Assembly (NCBI GenBank): GCA_963555825.3
Contig: CAUVXB020000002.1
Span: 2,304,001 to 2,368,000, forward strand
Origin: Alphaproteobacteria bacterium
Lineage (GTDB): Bacteria > Pseudomonadota > Alphaproteobacteria > JAAXGF01
Direction of reading: 5' to 3'
DNA: 64,000 bases
Made by a program: the position numbers and the translations under genes. Positions 21,503 to 32,650 of this stretch are shown here, piece by piece (position 1 is the first letter of the stretch; the number at the start of each line of letters is the position of its first letter). The notes below the pieces were generated by a model, which worked only from the letters and a program-made list of their open reading frames with translations, made no database searches and was not told where the DNA came from.

Positions 21503-21626
21503 CGAACCCGGTCAATTTGTCATCCCAGGCGATCCAGGGTTTATCCGCGGGCTCCATCGCCTCGACAGCGCGTTTGGTCAAGGTCAGCTTGTTCAGCGCG
21601 ACACGTTTACCGGTATGTTTTGGCAT
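21503..21626 (-). pseudogene. tyrosine integrase N-terminal arm-binding fragment
   Basis: MPKHTGKRVALNKLTLTKRAVEAMEPADKPWIAWDDKLTGF with GGAGG RBS; truncated at GGGTTCG. Confidence 0.75.
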
Positions 21627-21862
21627 CCTCCGATTATGGCTAGCGCGGGTATATTGTCAACACTCAAACCAACACAAGAAAGTAAACTACAGGCGCTTCC
21701 TGACATCCCATGACGGTTAAAGAGGCTATATGCTATTCCATAACACATTGAAAAGTACCTATAATGTCATGTTCTGATAACCCCTGACATCTCCTGTCAA
21801 CGTTTGCAGGTGAAACGAATAACATGATCGACAAGGCACGCAAGATCGGAATCCCCGTCCTT

Positions 21863-21890
21863 CTCGTTATGCAGAGCTCTGCATAACGAG
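21863..21890. repeat. perfect 28-bp palindrome abutting the RIT end
   Basis: CTCGTTATGCAGAGCTCTGCATAACGAG is self-complementary. Confidence 0.9.
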
Positions 21891-22553
21891 CATAATGCCG
21901 AGTAGTTGCTAATGCCGAGTGACGTGCGGGGAACGGCTTGTCCGCGCCGATTTCCCGCCGATTCGCTCGGCATTAATTCTGGCAGTCAGTTCCCGCCGAG
22001 AACCCTCATCAGGCTGTCCTTCAGACCCGGGAAGTTCCCCGACCGGATGGAAGGCGGTGTGTTGATCTCAAGGATTGCCAGTTTCTCGGCCGGGCTCGCG
22101 CGGACATACGTTTCGGTGATCTTGATGTCCGCATGCCCGAGCCACAACGAGACCTTCCGTATATCGTCGGTGGCATGCAGGATCGTCATTGCCGTCGAGT
22201 GACGGAGCACATGCGGGGTCACCCGCTTGGTGTCGATCGACGGGACCTTCTGGGCCGCCGTGGCGACATGCTGCTTGAGGATGTATGCGAAGCCGTCCGT
22301 GCTCATTGCCCGCCCCCGTGCGTTGAGGAACAGGTAGCGGTTGTTGACGGCCGGCCGGACGTCGAGCCACTCATTGAGGACGGTTTTCGTTTCCCTCCAC
22401 AGCGGCAGTTCGCGCTCGCGCCGCCCCTTGCCCAGGACGCGGATAGTCTCAAGCTGGGAACCCGACAGGCTGTCGAGGGTGAGTCCGGTCAGTTCCGACA
22501 CCCGCAGCCCGGCGGCGTAGCACAGGTGCAGCATCGCGCGGTCGCGCAAGCCT

Positions 22554-24003
22554 GGCGATGTCCCTATCTCTGTTGAAATTCGTGGGGCAGGCGTCGCTGG
22601 TTGATGATGCTATGCTGCCTTCATGATGGTTTCAATGGCACTGTCGGCCTGAGCCTTTCTCAAGTGTTCCTGGAGAGCATTTCGGAGGATGGGCAGCTGG
22701 CGATAGGCCTTGAGGCGACGGAAGGTTTTCTGGGCCTCCAGCAGGCCGGCGGCGGTCCATCTGAGCGCCATCTCGGCGTGTCTCCAGCGTTTGACGTTGC
22801 GGGTGACCTGGCGCACCGTGCCGAGCGCGTTCTCGACGATGTTGGTGCAGGCGAGCGAGCGCCGGAGTTCGTGCGGCAGGCCGAGGCGGATGACGGTGAG
22901 GATCTCGTCCAGCCCCTCCAGGATGCTGCCCGAGACGCCCGGTTCCTCATGCTCCAGACGCCGGACCAGGTTGCGCAAGAGCCGCTCGGCCTTGTTTGCG
23001 TCGTCCTGGTCCCAGGCCTGACGGAGCGCCTTCTTGACGCTCGCGTGCAAATGTTGGGGCAGGCGCTCGATGATGTTACGGCCCTTGTGGACCTGGCAGC
23101 GCTGGATGGCGGCGGCCACACCGAAGGTGTTTCGGATCGCTTTGCTGAGTGCCTTCGCGCCATCGACGATGAACAGCCGCGGCAGTGTCGGATCGAGCCC
23201 CCTGGCGAGGAGATTGTCGATCAAGGCCTGGACGACGACCGTGTTCTCCGTCGCCCCCTCGACCACGGCCAGGACATGCTTGTCGCCGTTGCCATCGACG
23301 CCGATCGCCGCCATCAGGACATGGTCGCCGACATGCAGACCGTCGATCTGGATGACTAGCAGGTCGAGTTCCGAGAGATCCGAGGCGAGCCAGGCCTTCA
23401 TCTTCTTGCGTGACAGCGCCACAAAGCGCCGGGAAACGGCCGACTTCGAGGTGCCGTCGCCACGCGCTTTCGCCAGGTCGCCCTCGGGCAGACGGACCGC
23501 GCGGTGGTACTTGCGGGTCGACACGTTCAGGACCATCAGGTTGAGCGCCCACTCGAGCAGCAGGTTGCCATCGCGTAGCGCCTGCCAACTCTCCAAGCTC
23601 ACCTCTTTGCCCGCCCGGTCACGAACCCGTGGCCGGGCCACCTTCACTTTGCCGCCGTGGTAGCCGATCTCGCTATGTGTCCTGCCCCAGCGATAACCTC
23701 GACGGTCCCCATGGCGGCGATGTCGGGCCCCGCACACGGTCGTGGCGTCCTCCTCCATCATCTCGGCCAAGGCCTCGACCCCGGCCAGAAGACAAAACCG
23801 ATCCACGCTGAGATGGACTGCGTCCATCGCGTCCGCCAGCGGCGGCATAGGAATCGAGGGGGCAAGGGCTTTCGGGCGGCTGGAACTACGGATATTCTTT
23901 CCCATGGTGTCGTTCTCCCTTTTGGGTTTGCAGCACCCGGAGCCTAACGGCTCCAGGAGAGCGACACCTACCTCAACTTTTCAACATCGACCGGGACATC
24001 CCC
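22554..24003 (-). mobile_element. IS256-family IS, copy 1
   Basis: IRs GGCGATGTCCC / GGGACATCCCC; 9-bp DR CGCAAGCCT on both sides. Confidence 0.93.
22610..23905 (-). CDS. IS256 family (Mutator-like) transposase
   Basis: IQIDG, FIVDGAKAL, QRCQVHK, CTNIVE motifs. Confidence 0.93.
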   Translation of the reverse strand: MGKNIRSSSRPKALAPSIPMPPLADAMDAVHLSVDRFCLLAGVEALAEMMEEDATTVCGARHRRHGDRRGYRWGRTHSEIGYHGGKVKVARPRVRDRAGKEVSLESWQALRDGNLLLEWALNLMVLNVSTRKYHRAVRLPEGDLAKARGDGTSKSAVSRRFVALSRKKMKAWLASDLSELDLLVIQIDGLHVGDHVLMAAIGVDGNGDKHVLAVVEGATENTVVVQALIDNLLARGLDPTLPRLFIVDGAKALSKAIRNTFGVAAAIQRCQVHKGRNIIERLPQHLHASVKKALRQAWDQDDANKAERLLRNLVRRLEHEEPGVSGSILEGLDEILTVIRLGLPHELRRSLACTNIVENALGTVRQVTRNVKRWRHAEMALRWTAAGLLEAQKTFRRLKAYRQLPILRNALQEHLRKAQADSAIETIMKAA

Positions 24004-24429
24004 CGCAAGCCTGCCACCGTTGCGGTATCCGGAGCATCCAGGATCGCCTGCATCTCGGTCCGGTCGAGCCAGTCGATCAGGGGCTTGTCGGCGCGCTTCT
24101 GCGGGATGGCGCGCACCTGCAATGCGTGGTCGAGGCAGCTCGGGACACGGTATTCCACGTACCGGAAGAAGGACTTGATGGCGGCGAGGCGGATATTGCG
24201 CGTGCCGATGCTGTTGTTGCGAACCTTCTCCAGGGATTCGAGGAAGGCCAGCAGGAGCGCCACCGTGAAGTGCTCGATTTTCAAAGCACAGGGGCGGACT
24301 TTGATTTGCTCCGCCGCGTAGAGGACGAGCAGCCGGAAGCACTCGGTATAGCTCTGCACGGTGTGTCGGCTGAAGCGCCGCTCGTTGGGCAGGTGCTCCT
24401 GCAGGAAGGCGGTGAGATGGGGGGCAAGA

Positions 24430-25368
24430 TCAGTCATCGGACCCTCCATTCGCGTGAGCCTGCTGCGCGGCCTCGGCGATGCCGCGCAGCAGGACCGGGG
24501 TCGATTCCAGATACCAATAGGTGCTCGAGACCCCGACATGGCCGAGGTAGGTGGCGAGGGCCAATATGTGACGGTCCGGGTTGACGCCGGGAGCCAGGTT
24601 CTCAAGTGACCGGACGGCGAAAGAATGCCGTAGCGAGTGCGGGGTCGGTCCTCGTGCCGCGTCGGGTTCCCGGATTCCCGCTTGCTCCGCGATTTTGCGG
24701 AAGACGTGATCCGCATACTGTCTATGTGGGCACCGGCCGGTGGCGATCACGAACAGATGCCGGTCTGGAGTTTTCTCCTTGAGTCGTGCATCCAGATAGC
24801 GGTTCAGCGCATCCCAGGTGGTCGGGTGCAGCGCGACCATCCTCGTCTTGCCGAACTTCGTGTCTCGGATGACGAGGCCGTCAGGCGTGATGTCGTCCAG
24901 CGTCAATGCGAGGGCTTCGCCGATGCGCAGGCCGGTTGCGGCGATGAGACCGAACAGGTGGTGCCAGGTCAGCGGGGCGATGGTGCCGACGGGCCGCATG
25001 GACAGTGCCGCTGTCAGCAGTTTCTGGATGTCCGGGACCGATACCAGGTACGGCTGCGGTCTCCTTTTGGACAGATGACCTAGAGCATCACGGGGCGGCA
25101 CCTCGTGACGTGGGTCCTCGGCATGCAGCCAGCAGGCCATGGCATGGACCGCTCGCAGCTTGCTCACTCGCTCGTTTCGTGACGCCGCCGCCGATGCCGA
25201 TGCCCATTCGAGGGCTGTCTCGTAACGGATGAATGTTTCGTCACGGCCCTCGGCGAACCGCGCAAAGCTCCGCAGTGTCGTCCCGCTCCGCGTGAACCGG
25301 TAACCGACCCTTTGCTTCATCGCGACAAAGCGCTCGATATGCTCTGTGATGGTGGCTTTCTCCGTCAT
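24430..25368 (-). CDS. RIT tyrosine recombinase B
   Basis: TGLRIGE, TKFGKTR, HSLRHSFAV, LATYLGH..TYWY. Confidence 0.92.
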   Translation of the reverse strand: MTEKATITEHIERFVAMKQRVGYRFTRSGTTLRSFARFAEGRDETFIRYETALEWASASAAASRNERVSKLRAVHAMACWLHAEDPRHEVPPRDALGHLSKRRPQPYLVSVPDIQKLLTAALSMRPVGTIAPLTWHHLFGLIAATGLRIGEALALTLDDITPDGLVIRDTKFGKTRMVALHPTTWDALNRYLDARLKEKTPDRHLFVIATGRCPHRQYADHVFRKIAEQAGIREPDAARGPTPHSLRHSFAVRSLENLAPGVNPDRHILALATYLGHVGVSSTYWYLESTPVLLRGIAEAAQQAHANGGSDD

Positions 25369-26936
25369 GCCTCGATCCCTCCGATCCAGGGCTGGGCGAT
25401 CTCCTGCAACATGACCGCATCGGTCTTGGCGTAGATCATGGTGGTGTCGGGGGAGGCGTGCCGGAGCAGCGATTGGATGACATCGAGCGTTGCTCCCGAC
25501 CTGAGCAACGCTGTCGCCTGGGAGTGGCGGAACGCATGCGCACCGCGACCGGCGAAGGTCTTGACCCCGACGCGGTCGAGTGCGCGTTCCGCCACAGCAC
25601 TGACGGTGCTTGAGTCGGTGAACGGTCGACAGGGTGCGTTGACGCAGAGGAACACCTTCTCCTCATCCACCCTTGGCCGCACCGTCGCGATATAGGCATG
25701 GAGCGCGTCGCCGGCATCCTGGGGCAGCGGCAGAGCCGTCTGCCGTCGTGACTTTCCCGAGACACGGATCTCGGCCCTGTCCCAGTCGATATCGCCGAGG
25801 CGCAGGGCAACGATGTCCCCTGCCCGCAGTGCAAGTCGTGCCAGAAGCAGCAGGATCGCCCGGTCGCGTACGCCCATAGGGTCATCACCGCAGGAGGCGA
25901 TGGTGCGCGCGACATCGTCGGCCGGGATGTACCGTGGCAAGGTTGACAACCGCCACTGAGGCACCGTCGGCACGGCCCCGACCAGCGCTGCCGCGATGCT
26001 GCCTTCCGATACCAGGAACCGAAGGTACATGCGCATCACGGTTGTCAGCCTCTGGGCGTAGCTTCGCGACCAGGGCTCCATATGCTCGAACAGCACTCGC
26101 CGGATCAGTGCCGCGCCATAACCCCCGGGATCATCTCCAAGGTGAGGCAGCATCTCTGCGATCAAACGGACATGCTGGCGTATAGTCCCCGGGCAGATGC
26201 CGCGATGGCGTTCAAGCCACACGGCGTACCTCTCAAGGCGAGCGGACGGCGCCTTCTCGCCCGGGAACGGCTCCAGGGGTTCAATCCGCCCGATTGCGAC
26301 GAGATGCTTCAGGAAGCCGCGGACTTCGGTTCGGTAAGCGGTTCCGGGTGACTGCGTTTCGTGGCCGCAGAACATCCCGGGGATTGAGCAGACGAACTGC
26401 CTGTTCCGGAAGCGTGCATAAATATCCGGTGTCAGATCGCGCAGGCGGATCCGTGAGAGGTGGAGCCAGACAATGAGACCGGCGCAGCCGTAACGGTACA
26501 GTTTGATGGTTGCGGTCGCATATCTACCGCGGCGCAAGCCCGCGAGGAACGCGTCCAGCAACTGGAAATTGTCGTCCAGCTCACCCGGCGTCTCGATCCG
26601 CCCCGTCCGCTCAAGGAAGCGGATGAACGTCATGAGTTTGGGCGACGTGCGGCCCTTGCGCCAGCGGCGAGGCCGGACAGGTGCGGACGATGCGGCACAA
26701 CGGCAATCGTGCCGCAGAAAGCGGTCGATGACTGTGGCGTCGACTGTTTTGAGCGCGATACCGGTGAGCTCAAGCCAGATCAGGAAGTGACGGGCGGCAT
26801 ACCGGTACTTGGGGAACTGACCTTCAGCAATCTCGCCGCGACGACGAAGATCGTCAATGAACGCGAAAATGCTTGCGTCGAAGCCGGCCAGTGCTGTGGT
26901 CCCCAGCAGGGGCCGGCGGTTGGGTGTCGAAGACAT
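25365..26936 (-). CDS. RIT tyrosine recombinase A
   Basis: RDRAILLLLARLALRAGD, HAFRHS, LLRH..TTMIYAK; extended N-terminus (523 aa). Confidence 0.92.
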   Translation of the reverse strand: MSSTPNRRPLLGTTALAGFDASIFAFIDDLRRRGEIAEGQFPKYRYAARHFLIWLELTGIALKTVDATVIDRFLRHDCRCAASSAPVRPRRWRKGRTSPKLMTFIRFLERTGRIETPGELDDNFQLLDAFLAGLRRGRYATATIKLYRYGCAGLIVWLHLSRIRLRDLTPDIYARFRNRQFVCSIPGMFCGHETQSPGTAYRTEVRGFLKHLVAIGRIEPLEPFPGEKAPSARLERYAVWLERHRGICPGTIRQHVRLIAEMLPHLGDDPGGYGAALIRRVLFEHMEPWSRSYAQRLTTVMRMYLRFLVSEGSIAAALVGAVPTVPQWRLSTLPRYIPADDVARTIASCGDDPMGVRDRAILLLLARLALRAGDIVALRLGDIDWDRAEIRVSGKSRRQTALPLPQDAGDALHAYIATVRPRVDEEKVFLCVNAPCRPFTDSSTVSAVAERALDRVGVKTFAGRGAHAFRHSQATALLRSGATLDVIQSLLRHASPDTTMIYAKTDAVMLQEIAQPWIGGIEA

Positions 26937-27442
26937 TTGTTGTCGTCCTCCATCTGATCGAAAGGGAGGACGACTTTGCCGGAAAACTGACTACCAGAAT
27001 TAATGCCGAGCGAATCGGTGGGAAATCGGCGCGGACAAGCCGTTCCCCGCACGTCACTCGGCATTAGCAACTACTCGGCATTATTCTCGCCGCCGCATAA
27101 CGGCACCCTTCAGGGTCGGCCCCCGCCATCACACAGCGGAGGTCGGCCCCTTTTTTATGCCGGGTGCATAAAGTCACGGCCCATGGCGGGGCGCTTCGCG
27201 CCACCGCCAATTGTGCGAGCTTACGCTCGCTGTCGGCTCCTCGTTCTTCGAACGATGCATCGCCGCCTCACGGCACGGCGCTTCGCGCCATCGCCGTACG
27301 CGGGCGCTGACGCGCCACGCCATCGCCCGGCCCATCCCCCATTGCCACTTCATTATCCGCATCCCGAAAACCGCCACGACGGACCGCCGTTCTTCGGACC
27401 GCGGTTCGTTGATTCGCGAACCCATATGCGCCGTCGTTCGGC

Positions 27443-27745
27443 TCAGAACGGATCACTGCCTTCTTCCGACACCATGGACCTGGCGGCCTCGGCAACCTTC
27501 CTTCCCGGCAATACGCCCTTGTCCAGAAAGGTCCGCAGACTGCGCTCCGTGATATCGATGCCGCCCGATTTCAACACTTCATGCATCTGAGCCACCGTAA
27601 CCCCCTTGGCCTGTTGCTCGACCAATCGCTTCCGCAAACGGTCCAGCACATCCGTCAGGCTCAGCTTGGGCGGCACAAGTTTCGCCAATTCGCCATCCAT
27701 GGCATCGAAGTCGATATCCGCTTCGTTGAAGCGTTTCGCCGGCAT
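27443..27745 (-). CDS. hypothetical protein, possible MGE DNA-binding/mobilisation accessory
   Basis: ATG after GGAG-like RBS; helical with an HTH-like segment (GVTVAQMHEVLKSGGIDITERSLRTF). Confidence 0.5.
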   Translation of the reverse strand: MPAKRFNEADIDFDAMDGELAKLVPPKLSLTDVLDRLRKRLVEQQAKGVTVAQMHEVLKSGGIDITERSLRTFLDKGVLPGRKVAEAARSMVSEEGSDPF

Positions 27746-27984
27746 CGTCCATCTCCCCGCTGTTTCCAGAATTCGCAATCAGGCCCGAATTCTGCCATTG
27801 GCCCGACAGCCGGTCAATTCCGCCATTCGAACGGCCATTTCAAGTGTGCCGCCACGTTCCAAGGCAGGGCCAAATTCCCCTTGATCTCCGATTATGCAGT
27901 CTATATCCTCTCGCGAAACGTAACGAGTAATAATAACCTTCTGACACCTCTGCACAGAATGTGCACGTTAAAACCTAAGCAAAA

Positions 27985-29109
27985 CTAGTGTCCCGATTCC
28001 GAAGTTCGCATGATTTTCGCCTGCTGTTCAGCGATTTCGATTGTTCGGAGGCAGAAGCGCTGGATGGCGCCGAGGATGTCATCGGCGGATTTGGTCCATT
28101 TGAAGGGTTTGGGGTTCTGGTTTGTCGTGTCGATGTAGTCGAGGATGGTGCGCTCCAACTCCTTGGTGGAGCGATGGACGCCGCGCCTGATCTGCTTGTC
28201 GGTCAGCAGCCCGAACCAGCGCTCGACCTGGTTCAGCCAGGAGGCGCTGGTGGGTGTGAAATGGGCCTGCCAGCGCGGCCGTTTGGCGAACCAGTCGCGG
28301 ATCGCCTTGGTCTTGTGGGTCCCGTAGTTGTCCATGACGATGTGGATGTCGAGATCAGCAGGGACGTTCGCCTCGACGAGGTCGAGGAATTTGCGGAACT
28401 CTCGGGCCCGATGGCGCGGGAAACATTTGCCGATGATCTCTCCCGTGGCGATGTCGAGGGCCGCGAAGAGAGAGGTCGTGCCGTGGCGCTTGTAGTCGTG
28501 GCTGCGCCGCTCCGCCTGCCCGGGGCGCATCGGCAAGAGGGGCTGGGAACGGTCCAGGGCCTGGATCTGGCTCTTTTCGTCGACACAGAGAACCAGGGCA
28601 CGATCCGGCGGCGCCAAATACAGACCGACGATGTCGCGGACCTTCTCCACGAAGAAGGGATCGCTCGACAGCTTGAAGGTCTCCGAGCGATGCGGCTGCA
28701 AGCCGAAGGCCCGCCAGATGCGATGAATGGTCGAGGGCGCGTGGCCGCTCGCCCGCGCCATCGAGCGAAGGCTCCAATGGGTCGCGTCCGGCGGCGTCTC
28801 TTCCAGCGTCAGCCGGACCGCTTCCGCGATGGCGTCATCGCCGATTTGACGCGGCGCGCCGGGGCGGGGTTCGTCGTACAGACCGTCGAGGCCCTCCGCC
28901 GCATAGCGGCGACGCCACTTGCCCACGGTGTCCGCGCTCGCCTCGAGACGAACGGCGATCTCCTTGTTCTCCAACCCTTCCGCCGCCGCCAAGACGATCC
29001 GAGCCCGCCGCGCAAGCCCCTGCGACGTCTTGCGACGACGAGACAGCGCCTCCAATTCGGCGCGCTCGTCATCGCTCAAAGAGATCGTCACCGCCACTCT
29101 CGCCATCAA
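27985..29109 (-). CDS. IS630 transposase, array copy 1
   Basis: [27 protein letters not shown]; stop TAG lies in the CTAG junction. Confidence 0.95.
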   Translation of the reverse strand: MMARVAVTISLSDDERAELEALSRRRKTSQGLARRARIVLAAAEGLENKEIAVRLEASADTVGKWRRRYAAEGLDGLYDEPRPGAPRQIGDDAIAEAVRLTLEETPPDATHWSLRSMARASGHAPSTIHRIWRAFGLQPHRSETFKLSSDPFFVEKVRDIVGLYLAPPDRALVLCVDEKSQIQALDRSQPLLPMRPGQAERRSHDYKRHGTTSLFAALDIATGEIIGKCFPRHRAREFRKFLDLVEANVPADLDIHIVMDNYGTHKTKAIRDWFAKRPRWQAHFTPTSASWLNQVERWFGLLTDKQIRRGVHRSTKELERTILDYIDTTNQNPKPFKWTKSADDILGAIQRFCLRTIEIAEQQAKIMRTSESGH

Positions 29110-29157
29110 TCGCGCCTCCTAAAAACAAATAGAGACATAATCATATCAATTTATCGA

Positions 29158-30288
29158 TCAGGACACTAGTGTCCCGATTCCGAAGTTCGCATGATTTTCG
29201 TGCTGTTCAGCGATTTCGATTGTTCGGAGGCAGAAGCGCTGGATGGCGCCGAGGATGTCATCGGCGGATTTGGTCCATTTGAAGGGTTTGGGGTTCTGGT
29301 TTGTCGTGTCGATGTAGTCGAGGATGGTGCGCTCCAACTCCTTGGTGGAGCGATGGACGCCGCGCCTGATCTGCTTGTCGGTCAGCAGCCCGAACCAGCG
29401 CTCGACCTGGTTCAGCCAGGAGGCGCTGGTGGGTGTGAAATGGGCCTGCCAGCGCGGCCGTTTGGCGAACCAGTCGCGGATCGCCTTGGTCTTGTGGGTC
29501 CCGTAGTTGTCCATGACGATGTGGATGTCGAGATCAGCAGGGACGTTCGCCTCGACGAGGTCGAGGAATTTGCGGAACTCTCGGGCCCGATGGCGCGGGA
29601 AACATTTGCCGATGATCTCTCCCGTGGCGATGTCGAGGGCCGCGAAGAGAGAGGTCGTGCCGTGGCGCTTGTAGTCGTGGCTGCGCCGCTCCGCCTGCCC
29701 GGGGCGCATCGGCAAGAGGGGCTGGGAACGGTCCAGGGCCTGGATCTGGCTCTTTTCGTCGACACAGAGAACCAGGGCACGATCCGGCGGCGCCAAATAC
29801 AGACCGACGATGTCGCGGACCTTCTCCACGAAGAAGGGATCGCTCGACAGCTTGAAGGTCTCCGAGCGATGCGGCTGCAAGCCGAAGGCCCGCCAGATGC
29901 GATGAATGGTCGAGGGCGCGTGGCCGCTCGCCCGCGCCATCGAGCGAAGGCTCCAATGGGTCGCGTCCGGCGGCGTCTCTTCCAGCGTCAGCCGGACCGC
30001 TTCCGCGATGGCGTCATCGCCGATTTGACGCGGCGCGCCGGGGCGGGGTTCGTCGTACAGACCGTCGAGGCCCTCCGCCGCATAGCGGCGACGCCACTTG
30101 CCCACGGTGTCCGCGCTCGCCTCGAGACGAACGGCGATCTCCTTGTTCTCCAACCCTTCCGCCGCCGCCAAGACGATCCGAGCCCGCCGCGCAAGCCCCT
30201 GCGACGTCTTGCGACGACGAGACAGCGCCTCCAATTCGGCGCGCTCGTCATCGCTCAAAGAGATCGTCACCGCCACTCTCGCCATCAA
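29158..30288 (-). CDS. IS630 transposase, array copy 2 (2-bp deletion alters the C-terminus)
   Basis: Lacks CC near 29200, so the unit is 1179 bp and reads through the junction. Confidence 0.88.
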   Translation of the reverse strand: MMARVAVTISLSDDERAELEALSRRRKTSQGLARRARIVLAAAEGLENKEIAVRLEASADTVGKWRRRYAAEGLDGLYDEPRPGAPRQIGDDAIAEAVRLTLEETPPDATHWSLRSMARASGHAPSTIHRIWRAFGLQPHRSETFKLSSDPFFVEKVRDIVGLYLAPPDRALVLCVDEKSQIQALDRSQPLLPMRPGQAERRSHDYKRHGTTSLFAALDIATGEIIGKCFPRHRAREFRKFLDLVEANVPADLDIHIVMDNYGTHKTKAIRDWFAKRPRWQAHFTPTSASWLNQVERWFGLLTDKQIRRGVHRSTKELERTILDYIDTTNQNPKPFKWTKSADDILGAIQRFCLRTIEIAEQHENHANFGIGTLVS

Positions 30289-30344
30289 TCGCGCCTCCTA
30301 AAAACAAATAGAGACATAATCATATCAATTTATCGATCAGGACA

Positions 30345-31469
30345 CTAGTGTCCCGATTCCGAAGTTCGCATGATTTTCGCCTGCTGTTCAGCGATTTCGA
30401 TTGTTCGGAGGCAGAAGCGCTGGATGGCGCCGAGGATGTCATCGGCGGATTTGGTCCATTTGAAGGGTTTGGGGTTCTGGTTTGTCGTGTCGATGTAGTC
30501 GAGGATGGTGCGCTCCAACTCCTTGGTGGAGCGATGGACGCCGCGCCTGATCTGCTTGTCGGTCAGCAGCCCGAACCAGCGCTCGACCTGGTTCAGCCAG
30601 GAGGCGCTGGTGGGTGTGAAATGGGCCTGCCAGCGCGGCCGTTTGGCGAACCAGTCGCGGATCGCCTTGGTCTTGTGGGTCCCGTAGTTGTCCATGACGA
30701 TGTGGATGTCGAGATCAGCAGGGACGTTCGCCTCGACGAGGTCGAGGAATTTGCGGAACTCTCGGGCCCGATGGCGCGGGAAACATTTGCCGATGATCTC
30801 TCCCGTGGCGATGTCGAGGGCCGCGAAGAGAGAGGTCGTGCCGTGGCGCTTGTAGTCGTGGCTGCGCCGCTCCGCCTGCCCGGGGCGCATCGGCAAGAGG
30901 GGCTGGGAACGGTCCAGGGCCTGGATCTGGCTCTTTTCGTCGACACAGAGAACCAGGGCACGATCCGGCGGCGCCAAATACAGACCGACGATGTCGCGGA
31001 CCTTCTCCACGAAGAAGGGATCGCTCGACAGCTTGAAGGTCTCCGAGCGATGCGGCTGCAAGCCGAAGGCCCGCCAGATGCGATGAATGGTCGAGGGCGC
31101 GTGGCCGCTCGCCCGCGCCATCGAGCGAAGGCTCCAATGGGTCGCGTCCGGCGGCGTCTCTTCCAGCGTCAGCCGGACCGCTTCCGCGATGGCGTCATCG
31201 CCGATTTGACGCGGCGCGCCGGGGCGGGGTTCGTCGTACAGACCGTCGAGGCCCTCCGCCGCATAGCGGCGACGCCACTTGCCCACGGTGTCCGCGCTCG
31301 CCTCGAGACGAACGGCGATCTCCTTGTTCTCCAACCCTTCCGCCGCCGCCAAGACGATCCGAGCCCGCCGCGCAAGCCCCTGCGACGTCTTGCGACGACG
31401 AGACAGCGCCTCCAATTCGGCGCGCTCGTCATCGCTCAAAGAGATCGTCACCGCCACTCTCGCCATCAA
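30345..31469 (-). CDS. IS630 transposase, array copy 3
   Basis: Protein identical to copy 1. Confidence 0.95.
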   Translation of the reverse strand: MMARVAVTISLSDDERAELEALSRRRKTSQGLARRARIVLAAAEGLENKEIAVRLEASADTVGKWRRRYAAEGLDGLYDEPRPGAPRQIGDDAIAEAVRLTLEETPPDATHWSLRSMARASGHAPSTIHRIWRAFGLQPHRSETFKLSSDPFFVEKVRDIVGLYLAPPDRALVLCVDEKSQIQALDRSQPLLPMRPGQAERRSHDYKRHGTTSLFAALDIATGEIIGKCFPRHRAREFRKFLDLVEANVPADLDIHIVMDNYGTHKTKAIRDWFAKRPRWQAHFTPTSASWLNQVERWFGLLTDKQIRRGVHRSTKELERTILDYIDTTNQNPKPFKWTKSADDILGAIQRFCLRTIEIAEQQAKIMRTSESGH

Positions 31470-31525
31470 TCGCGCCTCCTAAAAACAAATAGAGACATAA
31501 TCATATCAATTTATCGATCAGGACA

Positions 31526-32650
31526 CTAGTGTCCCGATTCCGAAGTTCGCATGATTTTCGCCTGCTGTTCAGCGATTTCGATTGTTCGGAGGCAGAAGCG
31601 CTGGATGGCGCCGAGGATGTCATCGGCGGATTTGGTCCATTTGAAGGGTTTGGGGTTCTGGTTTGTCGTGTCGATGTAGTCGAGGATGGTGCGCTCCAAC
31701 TCCTTGGTGGAGCGATGGACGCCGCGCCTGATCTGCTTGTCGGTCAGCAGCCCGAACCAGCGCTCGACCTGGTTCAGCCAGGAGGCGCTGGTGGGTGTGA
31801 AATGGGCCTGCCAGCGCGGCCGTTTGGCGAACCAGTCGCGGATCGCCTTGGTCTTGTGGGTCCCGTAGTTGTCCATGACGATGTGGATGTCGAGATCAGC
31901 AGGGACGTTCGCCTCGACGAGGTCGAGGAATTTGCGGAACTCTCGGGCCCGATGGCGCGGGAAACATTTGCCGATGATCTCTCCCGTGGCGATGTCGAGG
32001 GCCGCGAAGAGAGAGGTCGTGCCGTGGCGCTTGTAGTCGTGGCTGCGCCGCTCCGCCTGCCCGGGGCGCATCGGCAAGAGGGGCTGGGAACGGTCCAGGG
32101 CCTGGATCTGGCTCTTTTCGTCGACACAGAGAACCAGGGCACGATCCGGCGGCGCCAAATACAGACCGACGATGTCGCGGACCTTCTCCACGAAGAAGGG
32201 ATCGCTCGACAGCTTGAAGGTCTCCGAGCGATGCGGCTGCAAGCCGAAGGCCCGCCAGATGCGATGAATGGTCGAGGGCGCGTGGCCGCTCGCCCGCGCC
32301 ATCGAGCGAAGGCTCCAATGGGTCGCGTCCGGCGGCGTCTCTTCCAGCGTCAGCCGGACCGCTTCCGCGATGGCGTCATCGCCGATTTGACGCGGCGCGC
32401 CGGGGCGGGGTTCGTCGTACAGACCGTCGAGGCCCTCCGCCGCATAGCGGCGACGCCACTTGCCCACGGTGTCCGCGCTCGCCTCGAGACGAACGGCGAT
32501 CTCCTTGTTCTCCAACCCTTCCGCCGCCGCCAAGACGATCCGAGCCCGCCGCGCAAGCCCCTGCGACGTCTTGCGACGACGAGACAGCGCCTCCAATTCG
32601 GCGCGCTCGTCATCGCTCAAAGAGATCGTCACCGCCACTCTCGCCATCAA
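31526..32650 (-). CDS. IS630 transposase, array copy 4
   Basis: Protein identical to copy 1. Confidence 0.95.
   Translation of the reverse strand: MMARVAVTISLSDDERAELEALSRRRKTSQGLARRARIVLAAAEGLENKEIAVRLEASADTVGKWRRRYAAEGLDGLYDEPRPGAPRQIGDDAIAEAVRLTLEETPPDATHWSLRSMARASGHAPSTIHRIWRAFGLQPHRSETFKLSSDPFFVEKVRDIVGLYLAPPDRALVLCVDEKSQIQALDRSQPLLPMRPGQAERRSHDYKRHGTTSLFAALDIATGEIIGKCFPRHRAREFRKFLDLVEANVPADLDIHIVMDNYGTHKTKAIRDWFAKRPRWQAHFTPTSASWLNQVERWFGLLTDKQIRRGVHRSTKELERTILDYIDTTNQNPKPFKWTKSADDILGAIQRFCLRTIEIAEQQAKIMRTSESGH

Larger units (their letters stand above)
21986..24437 (-). pseudogene. RIT recombinase C, interrupted by IS256
   Basis: N-half MTDLAPHL..TVAGLR (24437-24004) and C-half RDRAML..GLRVSE..HVLRHS..WLGH..Y (22553-21986). 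Confidence 0.9.
21892..27084 (-). mobile_element. RIT (recombinase-in-trio) element
   Basis: Three overlapping tyrosine recombinase genes bounded by 100-bp inverted repeats (21892-21991, 26985-27084). Confidence 0.9.
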
